Assembly (NCBI GenBank): GCA_950097015.1 | Contig: CATNEN010000024.1 | Location: forward strand, 3,906,001 to 3,970,000 | Direction of reading: 5' to 3' | DNA length: 64,000 nt | Source of the DNA: Macrostomum hystrix | Taxonomy: Eukaryota > Animalia > Platyhelminthes | Shown: positions 39,690 through 51,129 of the stretch, one piece after another | Position numbering within the stretch: the stretch's first letter is position 1 | Layout of the letters: every line of letters begins with the position of its first letter | The notes under the pieces: model-generated | What the model saw: the letters and a program-made list of their open reading frames with translations, nothing else | Database searches by the model: none | Told to the model about the DNA's origin: nothing | Position numbers and translations under genes: made by a program

Positions 39690-41352
39690 AGTCGACTGCG
39701 ATGCACACAGCAAGGCGCAGTCTTATACCGAAAACTGCTAAATGCTCGCTTCGATTTTTTTTCTTGTCTTAGTAGACGTTTTGGATTAATCGCCAATATT
39801 CCAAATGGCATTTGGTTTTTGCACTCCTGTTCTGTATGGTGCGTATGTTCTCTCGATGACTTCGTGTGTGTACCCTTTTTTTCAAGCATTTCAATCGCTT
39901 CTGCGATGGCGATGGTCGTGCATTCTGCGCTCTTCATTATTCTGAGCAACTTATTGACAACTGACGACACTATGCGAATGGTAACTTCGTGCTCAACAGA
40001 ATTTTAACGGAATCCTGGATAGAGGAAATGAGCACGTGGTGTTGCTCTCCTCGCCAGGAAAACTGCGCACTGTGAGAGCTTGTGCCATTGTTGCCTTTTT
40101 ATCGCCTCATTATGCAACATTCTTAACTGTTTTCTTTGTTTGAACCAGAGAGAGAATAAACAATATTTTTTAACGGATGTCTTAAAATTTGCTTAATCAA
40201 TTAAGTTTGACTTAGTTTTCCGTGTTTGTTATAGTTCTTTCTCCAGTTTTCTCGTACGTCAACTTTTATGTACTCGATACGCTCGTAGTGGGCTGGGTGT
40301 AATTAAAGTGCGGGTTCGTCTACGAAAACGCTTGTAAAAACTGTTGTATATATAATACTCGTACTCAAGCATAGTGTAACTGAATGCACGTGTGAATGTA
40401 AGCTCGTATATATTAGGCCGTATGAATAATTTCTCAGTTTATTCATACAGGCCCGAGTGTTGTCAACTCATAACAACTCATAGGCTTGAGTTGGAGCAGT
40501 TGCTCATTTTATTCATATGGCCTATTGTGCAACTTAGGTTAGCGGTACATAGCTTGTTCAAAATGAAATGTATTCCACCCGCCAACAAAAATTTTCTATA
40601 TGAAGCACTAATAATTATCAGTATACTAACCTAATTAGCCTAATTAATCATCATACTTAATTCCTATTATGCTGATTAATTAACATATATCCAGATGCAG
40701 CGGGGAGGCGTCGCCGCCCATTACGCTAGACCCTGGCGAACACGGGCAACTAAAGCTGCTGTGCCGTGCAGGGGTCAAATAAACTCTGGCAATTAATTAA
40801 GCTATTGTTTAACGACTAAAGAGTCATTACGATCAATGGAAGTCGATCGGTAGCCATAAAAAGGTCTTTTTACATACATATTAGTTGAATCACTGTAGAG
40901 TGCAGCAAGCTTCGGGTAGACATTTCACCAAGCTTCGCTTTATCACATCAACTTGTCTAGCCTCGCCTCAACCCATACTTGTATTGAACACGCAACCGAC
41001 TCAACGCTTCTTTACAATAGCTCAATCACACAGGAGTGATTGTAAGTGCGTTTGCGCGAAGCCAAAAGGTAGCGGAATCGATGAATATATATATATATTT
41101 CTAGATTATTTCTTTATTTTAATTTAATTCAGTTGATTTGTTCAATCAAATCTTATATACTAAAAATTAAATGGTTGCTTGCTTGCTTGTAATTGATTTT
41201 CTCCCGAACGGCCCAACCGATTTTCACCATTTAACTTCATTCTAAAATTACTTACACCTGCTCAATTTCCTTTGAGCTTTGCTTTGAGGTTTGATTGAAG
41301 ACGCAAATTGCCAGGGTTACAATAGCTTTGTATTTATTCAAGTGCATTCAAA

Positions 41353-42416
41353 ACTAGATTGAAGGTGTGCCACCTTAGCAGGTCGAAGTGCATTATATGC
41401 TCAATATTTCGAAATTATTTTTTACTTCAGATCATGTCACCCAATAAAATGAACAAAAAACCGTTGTAAATATTCCAAAACTTAGCGGCCTTTGTACTGA
41501 GGATACTCACTGAAGCACTTTAATAGAGCAGACTACTGCATCATTGACTCCTGTATCAAAATCTTGATGAGCGCTAATATCTCCTTGACTGACTGACAGC
41601 CGAATGTGGGACCCCCATATGGAGGGAGAGGGTGAATTTTTGTTTTTATTAGGGAACAAAATAAACAAAATTAAAACAGCGGGAGGGAGCGCGGAGAATC
41701 GGAGAGTGAGAGAGACAGTATGAGATCTATCTACCTGTCTATCTATGCCCATCTGTCAAAAAACGTAAAACATAATTAAAGGAAAGATTTATCCAAACAG
41801 CACTTGTTTTGTACATGCAACAACACGAATGGGCAGACACACACATTAGCAGTGCCATCAAGCCACGTTACCATATATATTATGTTGTGTTACTTCAGTA
41901 CGTAGGGTATAATTAATGGGACTGATAACATATCTGTTATTTCCTAAGCAAGGTATCTTTAAAATGCATATAATAAATCTACTAATTTTACGTTGCGAGA
42001 ATGTACTAATGTACCAGCGATTATTGACACTTTCATATAGTACAAAATTAGGATTGATGATGACAGACTGAAATGCGTTGCACTTTAAAAAGTACTCGCC
42101 CACTTCAAAGTACGCACTTTAAATGAATACCAGAGTACTCTATTGCTACGCCCTTAAAGAGTACCAGAGTACGAGTACTTAAGAGTGCTCAAAGAGTACA
42201 CTGTGAAAACACTGCCTTAAACAGAAACTGGGTTCGAGGAACGAAGACAAGTACTTTACTTTTAATTAACAAAAAATATATAAAAGCAGCGAGATGCAGC
42301 CCGGATTAGCAATGTGTTGTATGTTGTAGCCTTCCTTTAGGCTAGTTCGGGACGCTCACACTCTACCTCGCTCGTCGGTAGTCTCAGGAAGGTGGCGGCC
42401 TTAACAGGATCAGCCC
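41353..42416 (+). repeat. Left arm of a 1,064-bp inverted repeat pair
   Basis: Reverse complement of 51130-52193; the ORF track gives identical peptides (41507-41752 = 51794-52039; 41858-42103 = 51443-51688); spot checks were identical. Confidence 0.96.
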
Positions 42417-43149
42417 AGAGGTTTTCTAACGTGATCTCCGTAGGCCTGGCATTGCATCTGAAGAGGTGTGAAGTGGTGTAAAATTTTACTAATTTTACTG
42501 ACTAGGCCCCAATGCTATATTGGCCATGCTACTATCCACCTGTACACCTACTACTATTAACTTTGTCAATAACAAAACTGCTAATTTGCCTTTGCTTATC
42601 TTGTTGCTTAGGCATCTCATCCAATGATATCAAATAGGCCTAGGCCTACTGATAGTGGCACAACTAGGACACTACATTTTCTAGGCACCATATTATAATG
42701 TCATATTACACTGCTATAGCTGTTTAAAAAGGAACAAACAAAGATAGTTAGGCTTAAATATCATATTGTCTATATTATTATTATAAAAACAAAGCATAGG
42801 CCCTATAGAAATATAATGCTTCTAATTTTAACATTATAATCATTTATAGTTTTAAATCTAAAATGGATTGTTTAAATTTTTTTTCTTCATTTGTGTATTA
42901 TTTATTTTTCATTTTGTTATTAAAACAGCTGTGTTATAATTGTTGTTAATGTGATTCCAAATCACAACAACAAAAAGTGCAATTTAAACAGGCAAATATA
43001 CTTTCTTAATGCTAAACACTAGTTTGGTAAATGTTAGGAGTAGGCTTTTCAAAATATTTAGCTGCATACTTCAATTGTTTTTATTGTCTAATTAGCACTT
43101 AGACTAGCCCTAATAAATCAATTTCTACAAATATTTATATATTTACAAG

Positions 43150-43825
43150 CGGAGAGCCTCTCCACATCGCCAAATGGGAAGTGTCACACCTATCTGACCT
43201 GATGTCTTGTTACTGTAGCGACAAACAACAGCAGTTCTATTTGTTGTTTTTTGATTCAAACCTAGTGGTGACAGATTTGGCTGGCTCAGTGCTCCACACT
43301 GTGTGCTTACTCCAATTTGAGCACCCTTTGCGAGTAACGGGCTGTGCCAGCAAAATATTCGTTCTCGGTAGCAACTCAAAACTTTTGTGCCTGTCTTCGG
43401 AGATACTGGAAGTTCAAGAGCGCTCTCAGATTCCAGTAGAAAATGTTGTCGACATCGCAGTGGTCGGTCGCCGACTGGTCGTGATGAACAAAGAGTCCGT
43501 GTATTTGATGGGACTTACTTGCAACAATCTGAATCTGCTCTGGTCTCCTGATCAACCGAGTCAAGAGCCGAAGACAAACTTAGTACGACTGGTTGGTCTC
43601 GGCTTTGGATGTTTTCTCACTTACAGCGATGCAAAAGAATGGCTGATGTCAGTGTCTACCGATGTTCTAGCTACGCGTACTACGCTACCATTTCCTAGCT
43701 TTGCTTATCTCCAGCAGAACTTGCTGTGCGGTCATTCGATGGCGATTCCGAAACTGTCGATTGTTCGAATATTTCTCGAATCGAATGCTATTTATATGCG
43801 TGTTGCTAACCGTCGTGTAATATGA
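43150..43825 (+). CDS. Orphan terminal exon or ORF, beta-strand-rich (possible beta-propeller fragment); upstream exons not found
   Basis: Open frame of ~225 codons in AT-rich surroundings, preceded by acceptor-like TTTACAAG (43149); repeated hydrophobic strand motifs (KIFVLGSN, DIAVVGRRLVVMN). Confidence 0.45.
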
Positions 43826-44486
43826 CGAACCGGCGTAGACGACCGGCGAGGACTAACTACCAGGTTTGTTTAATTAACGGTCAGGAGTCAGGACAGATAT
43901 TTCTTCTACTGGAGTAAGTACTAATAATTAGTAGCACTTATTATGGCTTTCTTAGAAAACTTGGCTAGGAATTTTATCATTCTGATTTCCAATTTAATAT
44001 ATATTTTTACCATTTTCTTCTCTTATTGTTTATAACTTTTAGCAACATGTGTGTCACAAGCAAGGTAATTGTCGTATCGTATACTACGTTATTTTATAGT
44101 ATGCTATGATTCCCCTATGAAACGTACTTTGTGCTTTTTTCTTCGAAGTTTAAAATTACTAAAATATACTTCGTGGTACACGTGTGTAAATCGTGTTTTC
44201 TTAGATATAATTTTGTCTGGTGAACCTCGCAATTACACTTTTATACTTATACTAGCTTTTTTGCCTGTTGTTTTTGGGGCAGAAAGTTAAAGCAAAGCAG
44301 TAAGCAATTCACGTCTCTGTATTAACTTTATAGTGAAGGTCACCATTTATTTATTTACTGCATTAATGAAAAGTGAAGAGTTTGTTTAAGGGCGTTTAAG
44401 TAAAAAATAAGTGAAAAGTTTGTCCAAACAGCCCCCTCTTGATTACTTCTTTAGAAACATGTCTCTTAGCCACTCCTCTATACAGT

Positions 44487-44690
44487 CAGTGGCAGATCCA
44501 GGAATTTTGTTTTGGGGCGGTCTGTCAGGGGAGCGCCATGAGAATCACAGAGGGGGTGCCAGCGGCCGAAAAAGGGCGCCAGGAGCCAAGAAAGGGCGCC
44601 AGCGGCTGAAAAACGGGAGCCAGCGGCTGAAAAAGGGGCGCCAGCGGCCGAAAAGGGGCGCCAGTGCTGCGACTGGCGCCCCTGGTGGGG
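44487..44690. repeat. GC-rich MITE-like fragment with ~21-bp internal repeats
   Basis: Starts CAGTGGCAGATCCAGG; GGCGCCAGCGGC(C/T)GAAAAAGG repeated ~4-5 times. Confidence 0.5.
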
Positions 44691-44699
44691 GCATCTTAT

Positions 44700-45416
44700 T
44701 CCCATGATTAAAATTTTGGGCATCATTTCTAGGACACAGAATTGCCCTCTCTGACAGCCAGTCAACGCCAGCCTCTCTCTTTCTTATCCCAGGCTGGCTG
44801 GAGAGAAATATCGACCGGAGAGCCCTGCGCACTGGGATGCCACCGCACTCACCGCACTCAGTCTCAGTGCTGCTTGGGGGCCAGTAGACAGTCTAGGGGT
44901 TTGGGCTGTGTACATTCACGGCTTGAAATACAATGTACAGTCTGGGGCTTTGGCGCCCGGGGAAGGGAGGGGGTGGCTGTAATAAAATTTGGCCCGCAGA
45001 GTGGCGGAGGGGAGTTGGGGTGGCTGTCCTCGGAAAACAAAAAGTGACTCACTTTGAGATGATGCAGCTTTGCTTTGGATTGAGTAGAGATGTTCAAAAT
45101 TGACAGCATTGTTGGAAAACATGTAAAGTGTAAGTGGATCAAATTTTGAGAAAATCTGACAAAGTGGGGCGACGATATGTCGAATTGAGTGATTTTTTGG
45201 CGATTTTTGAGCAGTTTTTTGCACTTTTGAGCAGGAAGGAAATGACTTTTTGGGAATTTGAGTAGCCTATTGCACTCAGCGTAGGTGGTTTTAGGTATGT
45301 GCAAAGTTTGGTGCGATTTAGTTGAGCGGTTTTGGCGTCTATAAAGACAAAAGGTTGCACACACACACACACACACACAGACAGACAGACAGAGTTTTCA
45401 CTTTTATATATATAGA
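44700..45416 (-). mobile_element. Non-autonomous Helitron remnant
   Basis: Minus-strand 5' terminus A|TCTATATATATAAAAG followed by (CTGT)n(GT)n microsatellite; degenerate PIF1-type helicase motif WLSERAILCPRND..NFN at 44706-44760; 3' CTRR end not defined. Confidence 0.6.
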
Positions 45417-45489
45417 TAAAGTATACAGCATTTTCCTTAGCTAGCTTCTTTGCTCTAATCCTTATATATTGATTTTCAGCTGTTTATTC

Positions 45490-46116
45490 ATGTCGACTCC
45501 CAGCCCCACTGCTCAAGACAGCCTGCTTCGGGCTGTACTTCTCAGCACTAAGAATGGTGTCCGACTATGCGAGCTGCAGGCCCAGTACAGGGCCCTGGCC
45601 AGGCACGCCCTCGATCTGGCTGGACATGACAATGTGACTTCACTAATGCGCAGCTTGCCTAATGTAGGCTACATCCACCTAGTGAATGGCGAGTTAGTCG
45701 CATTTGGTCGAGAAACAGAGGAGACAAGCCACATCTGCTCGCTTATCCAGCGACAGAGAACAGGCGGCGCCAACCAAGGCGCTAGTCGAGGTGGTGGCGC
45801 TTTTCGATCGCAGAGCTTTGGCCAGCGCGCACTGCAGCAAGAGAAGCTTCATAGTCGCTATAAACCGCACCACACTACTATTCAGTCTTCTCGGAGCCAA
45901 GATGAGAACGCCAACTATTATCAGTCTGATTATAAGCAGCAGTGGCAGCGGGTCTGTCTGTCTGTTATCAGAGTCAATGAGGAAAGCGACAAGGAGTTGC
46001 CCTGTCAGTTGGTGCACCTCGGCGAGGCCAACACTGGCGGCCTGTGTGTCACCATCAGTAACGATAGGCACATTGTGGACTGGTCTAGCCATGGCCGCTG
46101 GCCAGTCAGGGTCTAA
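45490..46116 (+). CDS. Stand-alone extended LOTUS (OST-HTH) domain protein, 208 aa, TDRD5/TDRD7 (Tejas/Tapas)-like N-terminus
   Basis: LLRAVLLSTKNGVRLCELQAQYRALA..DNVTSLMRSLPNV..ETEETSHICSLIQRQR parallels the TDRD7 eLOTUS pattern (LRAVLQSHKNG..LQGEYRSL..ETARIAQLVARQR), including the C-terminal extension helix; acceptor TTTTCAG at 45473-45479, ATG at 45490; no Tudor domain seen. Confidence 0.8.
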   Translation: MSTPSPTAQDSLLRAVLLSTKNGVRLCELQAQYRALARHALDLAGHDNVTSLMRSLPNVGYIHLVNGELVAFGRETEETSHICSLIQRQRTGGANQGASRGGGAFRSQSFGQRALQQEKLHSRYKPHHTTIQSSRSQDENANYYQSDYKQQWQRVCLSVIRVNEESDKELPCQLVHLGEANTGGLCVTISNDRHIVDWSSHGRWPVRV

Positions 46117-48973
46117 TTGAACTGCTTGGAAACTAGTTGTGTAGGACCTAGCGCACTATTAATGTTGGTTGCTACTGTGTGTCATTTTACAAAAAATTAA
46201 GGTGCCCCTTGCTTGGTATCGCTTCCCCAGCTAAAATCAATTAGATCTTTTGTCCTTTGTGCTGGCCAATGTCGTTTTTATGATTCATTTTATGTTTTTA
46301 GCTTCCCCCTGTATTTTTAGTTTTTTAGTCTTCTTAGTTCAATTTGATATGGCTGCATCAATTGATTTTAATCAAACCTTGTGCCTGATCGATAGAACAT
46401 TTGCTCAATTTTCAGCTTTTAATTTGCCAATATTGTTATTAAATAACGAAATCAACAGTTTTTATTTGAATGTCAATCTGTGTTCAGGGTTAATTAGCAT
46501 CTCAGAAGTGACAAAGTTTGTGCCTATGCTTTGGTTATTGCTTCCAAGTGTCAACAATAAGATTTTATTTCATGACTTACTCCTGCCAATATGCTTATTT
46601 CTTCGAAATGATGGCAATGTGTAGAAATGTATCTTTGCATTTCATCCTTGCCTTGGAACTTTCCACTACGAGAATTTCTTTTTGTCATCGAAACTAAAAG
46701 AATAATACTTTGCTGTGGTGGAGAGTCAACACGCGACCAGCCAGCGCCAGTGCAGCCGCACCCAAAACCCCTCAACCTCAGTCTAGTTGAGGTGGGGGTT
46801 GGTGCACCCAGCCAGCCGGCTTGCTAAGCCAGGGTATGAAGTCACACCACCAGTTCGCACCTCCCTAGACCCCTCTATCTCGCTCTCGCGTTGTATATAA
46901 ATATACGTGCAATGCAGCACACAAACTTTGCTGCCACTCCAACTTGTAAACAAAAAGGCCTTCCGCCTTATTGCAGTTGTAAATTGGACGAATCTTTATT
47001 TTTTTAAGTTTTTTTGTGTACTTTTAAATTTCATATTAGTCATTCTTTGTGGACAGCATGCCTTGTGCGGATTAAAAATAGTGCTTGTTTTTCCTTGTCG
47101 ATTTATTTTCGTATTTTATATTCGTTATTTTGACAATAACTTTGTGTTGTATTTTGTATCGATTGACTCCAAGAAGCAAATATATATGTTGACAAGTCTC
47201 TAAAATCACTCAATTCTAACTCAAGTAGATACCTGTTGTTCGATCAAAATAAAAGTGAGCCACATGAATTAACATCATATACTAAGGTCCAATAAATAAT
47301 ACTCATAATAGAAAATCTTGGACATTCTATATATTTGGATTAGGAATTCTAAAGATGAAAATCTGAACAATACAATTTATGCTATTGGTAGAAAAATACC
47401 AAGTAATAAAAATATTTAAAATTAGATAAAAAACTAAATCTTGTTTATTAGTTCTTCTACAAATGGGCTAAGTAGAATAGCTAGCAATGGTAATAAATTT
47501 ACAAAGTTGAAAGTAAACATGCTACCTTAATAAATTGAAATTTTCTGTAAAAATAGTCTTATAATTAACAACATAATTAAGTTTTAAAAACTTTTTTACA
47601 CTCGGATTCTGTTCACTGTGTCTTTATATTAAAATGAGATTTTCCACTTAATTAAGCATTTTAAATGTATATTTTAACACCCACAGGTACGTGAAACAAC
47701 AAGATATGCCTTTGCAGTGAAATTCTTTGCCATTCAATACAAGTTACCCAACATTAGGTAGGCCTAGGCTAATTATTTAGCTAAGTCCATAATTAGACAT
47801 AGTATCTTTAAAAATGCAAAACAAATCAAATCAATCAATAAATATCCAAATCAATGTTGAGAGAAAAGTACTGCCATGCCTAAAACAAAAAGCATTGAGC
47901 ATTTAACTAATCTCACAACAGTTATTGCCTAAAGGCAGTTAATTGCCAAACAGTCAAATGGTTTGTTTTGTAAGTGCTTTGCTTATAATAATTCTGCAGC
48001 CATTGCAGCCCAAATTGCACTATAAATCGCCAAAAGGCAATTAATTGCAAAAATGCAAATGGTGCATTTCAAGAGCTTTGGTTTGGTAAAAATTCAGCAA
48101 CTAACAATCTAAAAACTGCATTATTGCATTAAACTGCTAAGAATCTCGTTTAATACATAAACACTTCTGCTTAATTATCTACGCAGTATAAAAGTAAAGA
48201 ATGTTTGAATAATAAAATATTATTCAAATACTATACATCAGTTAGTATTTAAAAGAAAACTATAAGCTTACACTTACAATGTAAAATAGGCCTATGTAAC
48301 AATTGAATTATTTACAAGTAAAACTTGTACTTGTAGAATACAATATATTGTAAAACAAGTATTTATAAGGTAGTAGGATACTTATATATAGAGTAAAAAG
48401 CGAATATAATAGCTACAGATTAAAGGCCTGAAAAAAATTCAGATTTAGATAGTGATTGCTTGGTTAAGTTGCTTTGAAATTTTTATGTCAAATTTGCCGT
48501 GCGACAAAAATTTCGAATGCTACTGTTAACATAGCCGATTTGAATTTTATTTTCTTGTAGAAACCATATAAAACAGAACGACTGAAATGTACAATTTGAT
48601 TTTTTAAAAATTATTTTAATTCAGTTTTTTAAGCAACTTATTTCTTTCTTCAATTAAATTTTGTTATACAATTTATAAAATGCTTATTTTCAAAATATCC
48701 ACTCAAAAAGTAAGTTCAAGAGCTTTAAAAATGCGCACATTTTTTCACTTCACGGCTCCAAAAAGTCACCATAGAAGCTTTTTGCAGGACGCAAGAATTT
48801 TTACGTTACAAAATAGCACTTTTATGTGCATTTTTTATTCAGTTTCAAAAGGCTTTTTAGTTACCTATTTGGTATTTTCTTCTTTTAAAGATTTTTGCGA
48901 AATCAGGTCTTTTTAACTTATTACGAAACTGTGGACCCACACTTTTACGCAACGCAATGCGCATGATGTCATC

Positions 48974-50029
48974 TTAAAGCACTTGCTAAATGCTATTTAT
49001 TGACACCACACTGAAGGCCTGGCGTAGCATCGTTAATAAATGGCAGCGTGAAATATAGCAAAAAAACGCATAGTACCGGAACCTCGTAATTCGGTAAAAT
49101 GTTAATAGCGTCAAAATACGAATTTTCGCACACTAACGAAGATGGCAGTCATCTGTACGTGTTTACTGGGCACAATAGTGCTCTTGGAAGCTAAGAACCT
49201 CATAGCGAAAATTAATATATTTTCCGCCCTATGTAGTGCTCAAATGGGTTGTTTTTGCACAAAATCACGTTTTTCGATTTTGAGAGTAAATTAAAAATTT
49301 TTTTTGCAACTGACAGACGTGAATGTCACTTTTTCTTAGAGTAGTCATCTAGATGTTTCTAATAAGTACTAATATGGGTCATTCTTATGCTTCACCTATC
49401 CTTACTATAGGTACAAAGTCATTATTTCATTTCCAGCAAGTCACGTGACCTGGCCTGAGGTGTACAACGCATCGTGCAATGCCAGCGAACATACACTCAA
49501 ATTAAAGCACTTTTTAAATGCTAACTATTGACACCACACTGAAGGCCTGGCGTAGCATCGTTAATAAATGGCAGCGTGAAATATAGCAAAAAAAACGCAT
49601 AACACCGGAACCTCGTAATTCGGTAAATGTTATTAGCGTAAAAATACGAATTTTCGCACACTAACGAAGATAGCAGTCATCTGTACGTGTTTACTGGGCA
49701 CAATAGTGCTCTTGGAAGCTAAGAACCTCATAGCGAAAATCAATAAATTTTTCACCCTATGTGTGCTCATATGGGTTGTTTTTGCACAAAATCACGTTTT
49801 TCGATTTTAAAAGTCAATTATAACAAAATTTTGCAACTGACAGACGTGAATATCATTTTTTCTGACAGTAGTCATCTAGGTGTTTCTAATAAGTACAAAT
49901 TTTGGCTCATTCTTACGCTTCACCTATCCTTAGTATAGGTACAAAGTCATTATTTCATTTCCAGCAAGTCACGTGACCTGTCCTGAGGTGTACAACGCAT
50001 CGTGCAATGACAGCGAACATACATTCAAA
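48974..50029. repeat. Two tandem 528-bp diverged direct repeats
   Basis: Units begin TTAAAGCAC at 48974 and 49502; next TTAAAGTAC at 50030; shared GACACCACACTGAAGGCCTGGCGTAGCATCG and further blocks. Confidence 0.92.
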
Positions 50030-50588
50030 TTAAAGTACATCTAAAATTTAGTTCAATGACACCAAGTGCGTCGCGCTCCGGTAATCCGTTCAAAAGTTAC
50101 AGGCTAAAAAGTATGTTCGATATGCAAGCCCCCCGTACCGTCGTTAAAGTACATTTCTGTACCGGCAGCGACTTCAATAAACTAAGACGAAATTTCAAGA
50201 TATACATATTGTGCGAAATTTAGTTGTGCACCTTGTCTAAAAAGTCTGATTTTCCTAGCATGTCGTCGTTGCTTATTTTTTGTACATTTGTATCATGAAA
50301 AATGCATAAAAATAGCCTAAATCACGTTTATCGACTTTAGCAGTGTATGGCTCAGAGTCAGTGGAACGAAACGGCTCAAAATGTATTATAAACATGTAGA
50401 TCTTACCTAAATGACCACATTCATGTACTTTTTAGAGCCTCGCAACAAGGTTGAATTTCCTTTATTTCGGTTCGAATACCTACCCGTCGAATATTCGAAT
50501 GTAATTAACAGGTGCGAATGTACAGTTAAAGTGAGTATCTTGGTTAAAGTCGTGCGTCATGTAAGAGTCCCAGGTGCCATCGTTAGAA

Positions 50589-50636
50589 TGACGCAGCTCA
50601 AAGGTCGCGCTGACGCGCGACCTTTGAGCTGCGTCA
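50589..50636. repeat. Perfect 22-bp-arm hairpin with a 4-nt loop
   Basis: TGACGCAGCTCAAAGGTCGCGC / TGAC / GCGCGACCTTTGAGCTGCGTCA. Confidence 0.95.
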
Positions 50637-51056
50637 GTTGAAAGTTAAAAAAAATGTGCATTTTTTGACACTTAAAAAAAGACACTTTTACAGAATTACC
50701 TATCAAGGTAAGCATTTAGCGGAAAATAACCAATCAGTGTCTTGAAGGTCTAAAAATTCGCCAAAAGTTGGGTTCAATCAATTTTTGACTCCATATTGTG
50801 AATCCTTATTTTTTAAGATTCAAGATTTCGATGGGTCCAAAAAAATTCACTTTTTTGTTGCCATGGCAACCAAGACGCGTTGCTATGGAACTTTCACGTC
50901 ACTCATCTTGTAGCCCTAAATGTTTTACGTCCATAGAGGGGTCACACATGGTTTCATCTCAAGTGGTTTTAATTCTGCATCAATTTTAGTTTCTAAAACG
51001 TTGATTTTACGTTGGGGGAGTCTCCGGGACATCTTATCTCGGTCTCGTTTGTCCGA

Positions 51057-51117
51057 AAAAATTGCCAACGAGGAGCTACGCTCGCTTCGCTCGCTTCGCT
51101 CCTCGTTGGCAATTTTT
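51057..51117. repeat. Perfect 20-bp-arm hairpin with a (GCTCGCTTC)2 loop, 12 bp from the right inverted repeat arm
   Basis: AAAAATTGCCAACGAGGAGC (51057-51076) / GCTCCTCGTTGGCAATTTTT (51098-51117). Confidence 0.93.
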
Positions 51118-51129
51118 CCGGATTTTTCC

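Noticed and set aside
39686-39970. 94-aa minus-strand ORF overlapping the orphan gene's stop codon
   Set aside because: GTG start with no upstream ATG in frame and no recognisable domain; probably 3' UTR antisense noise
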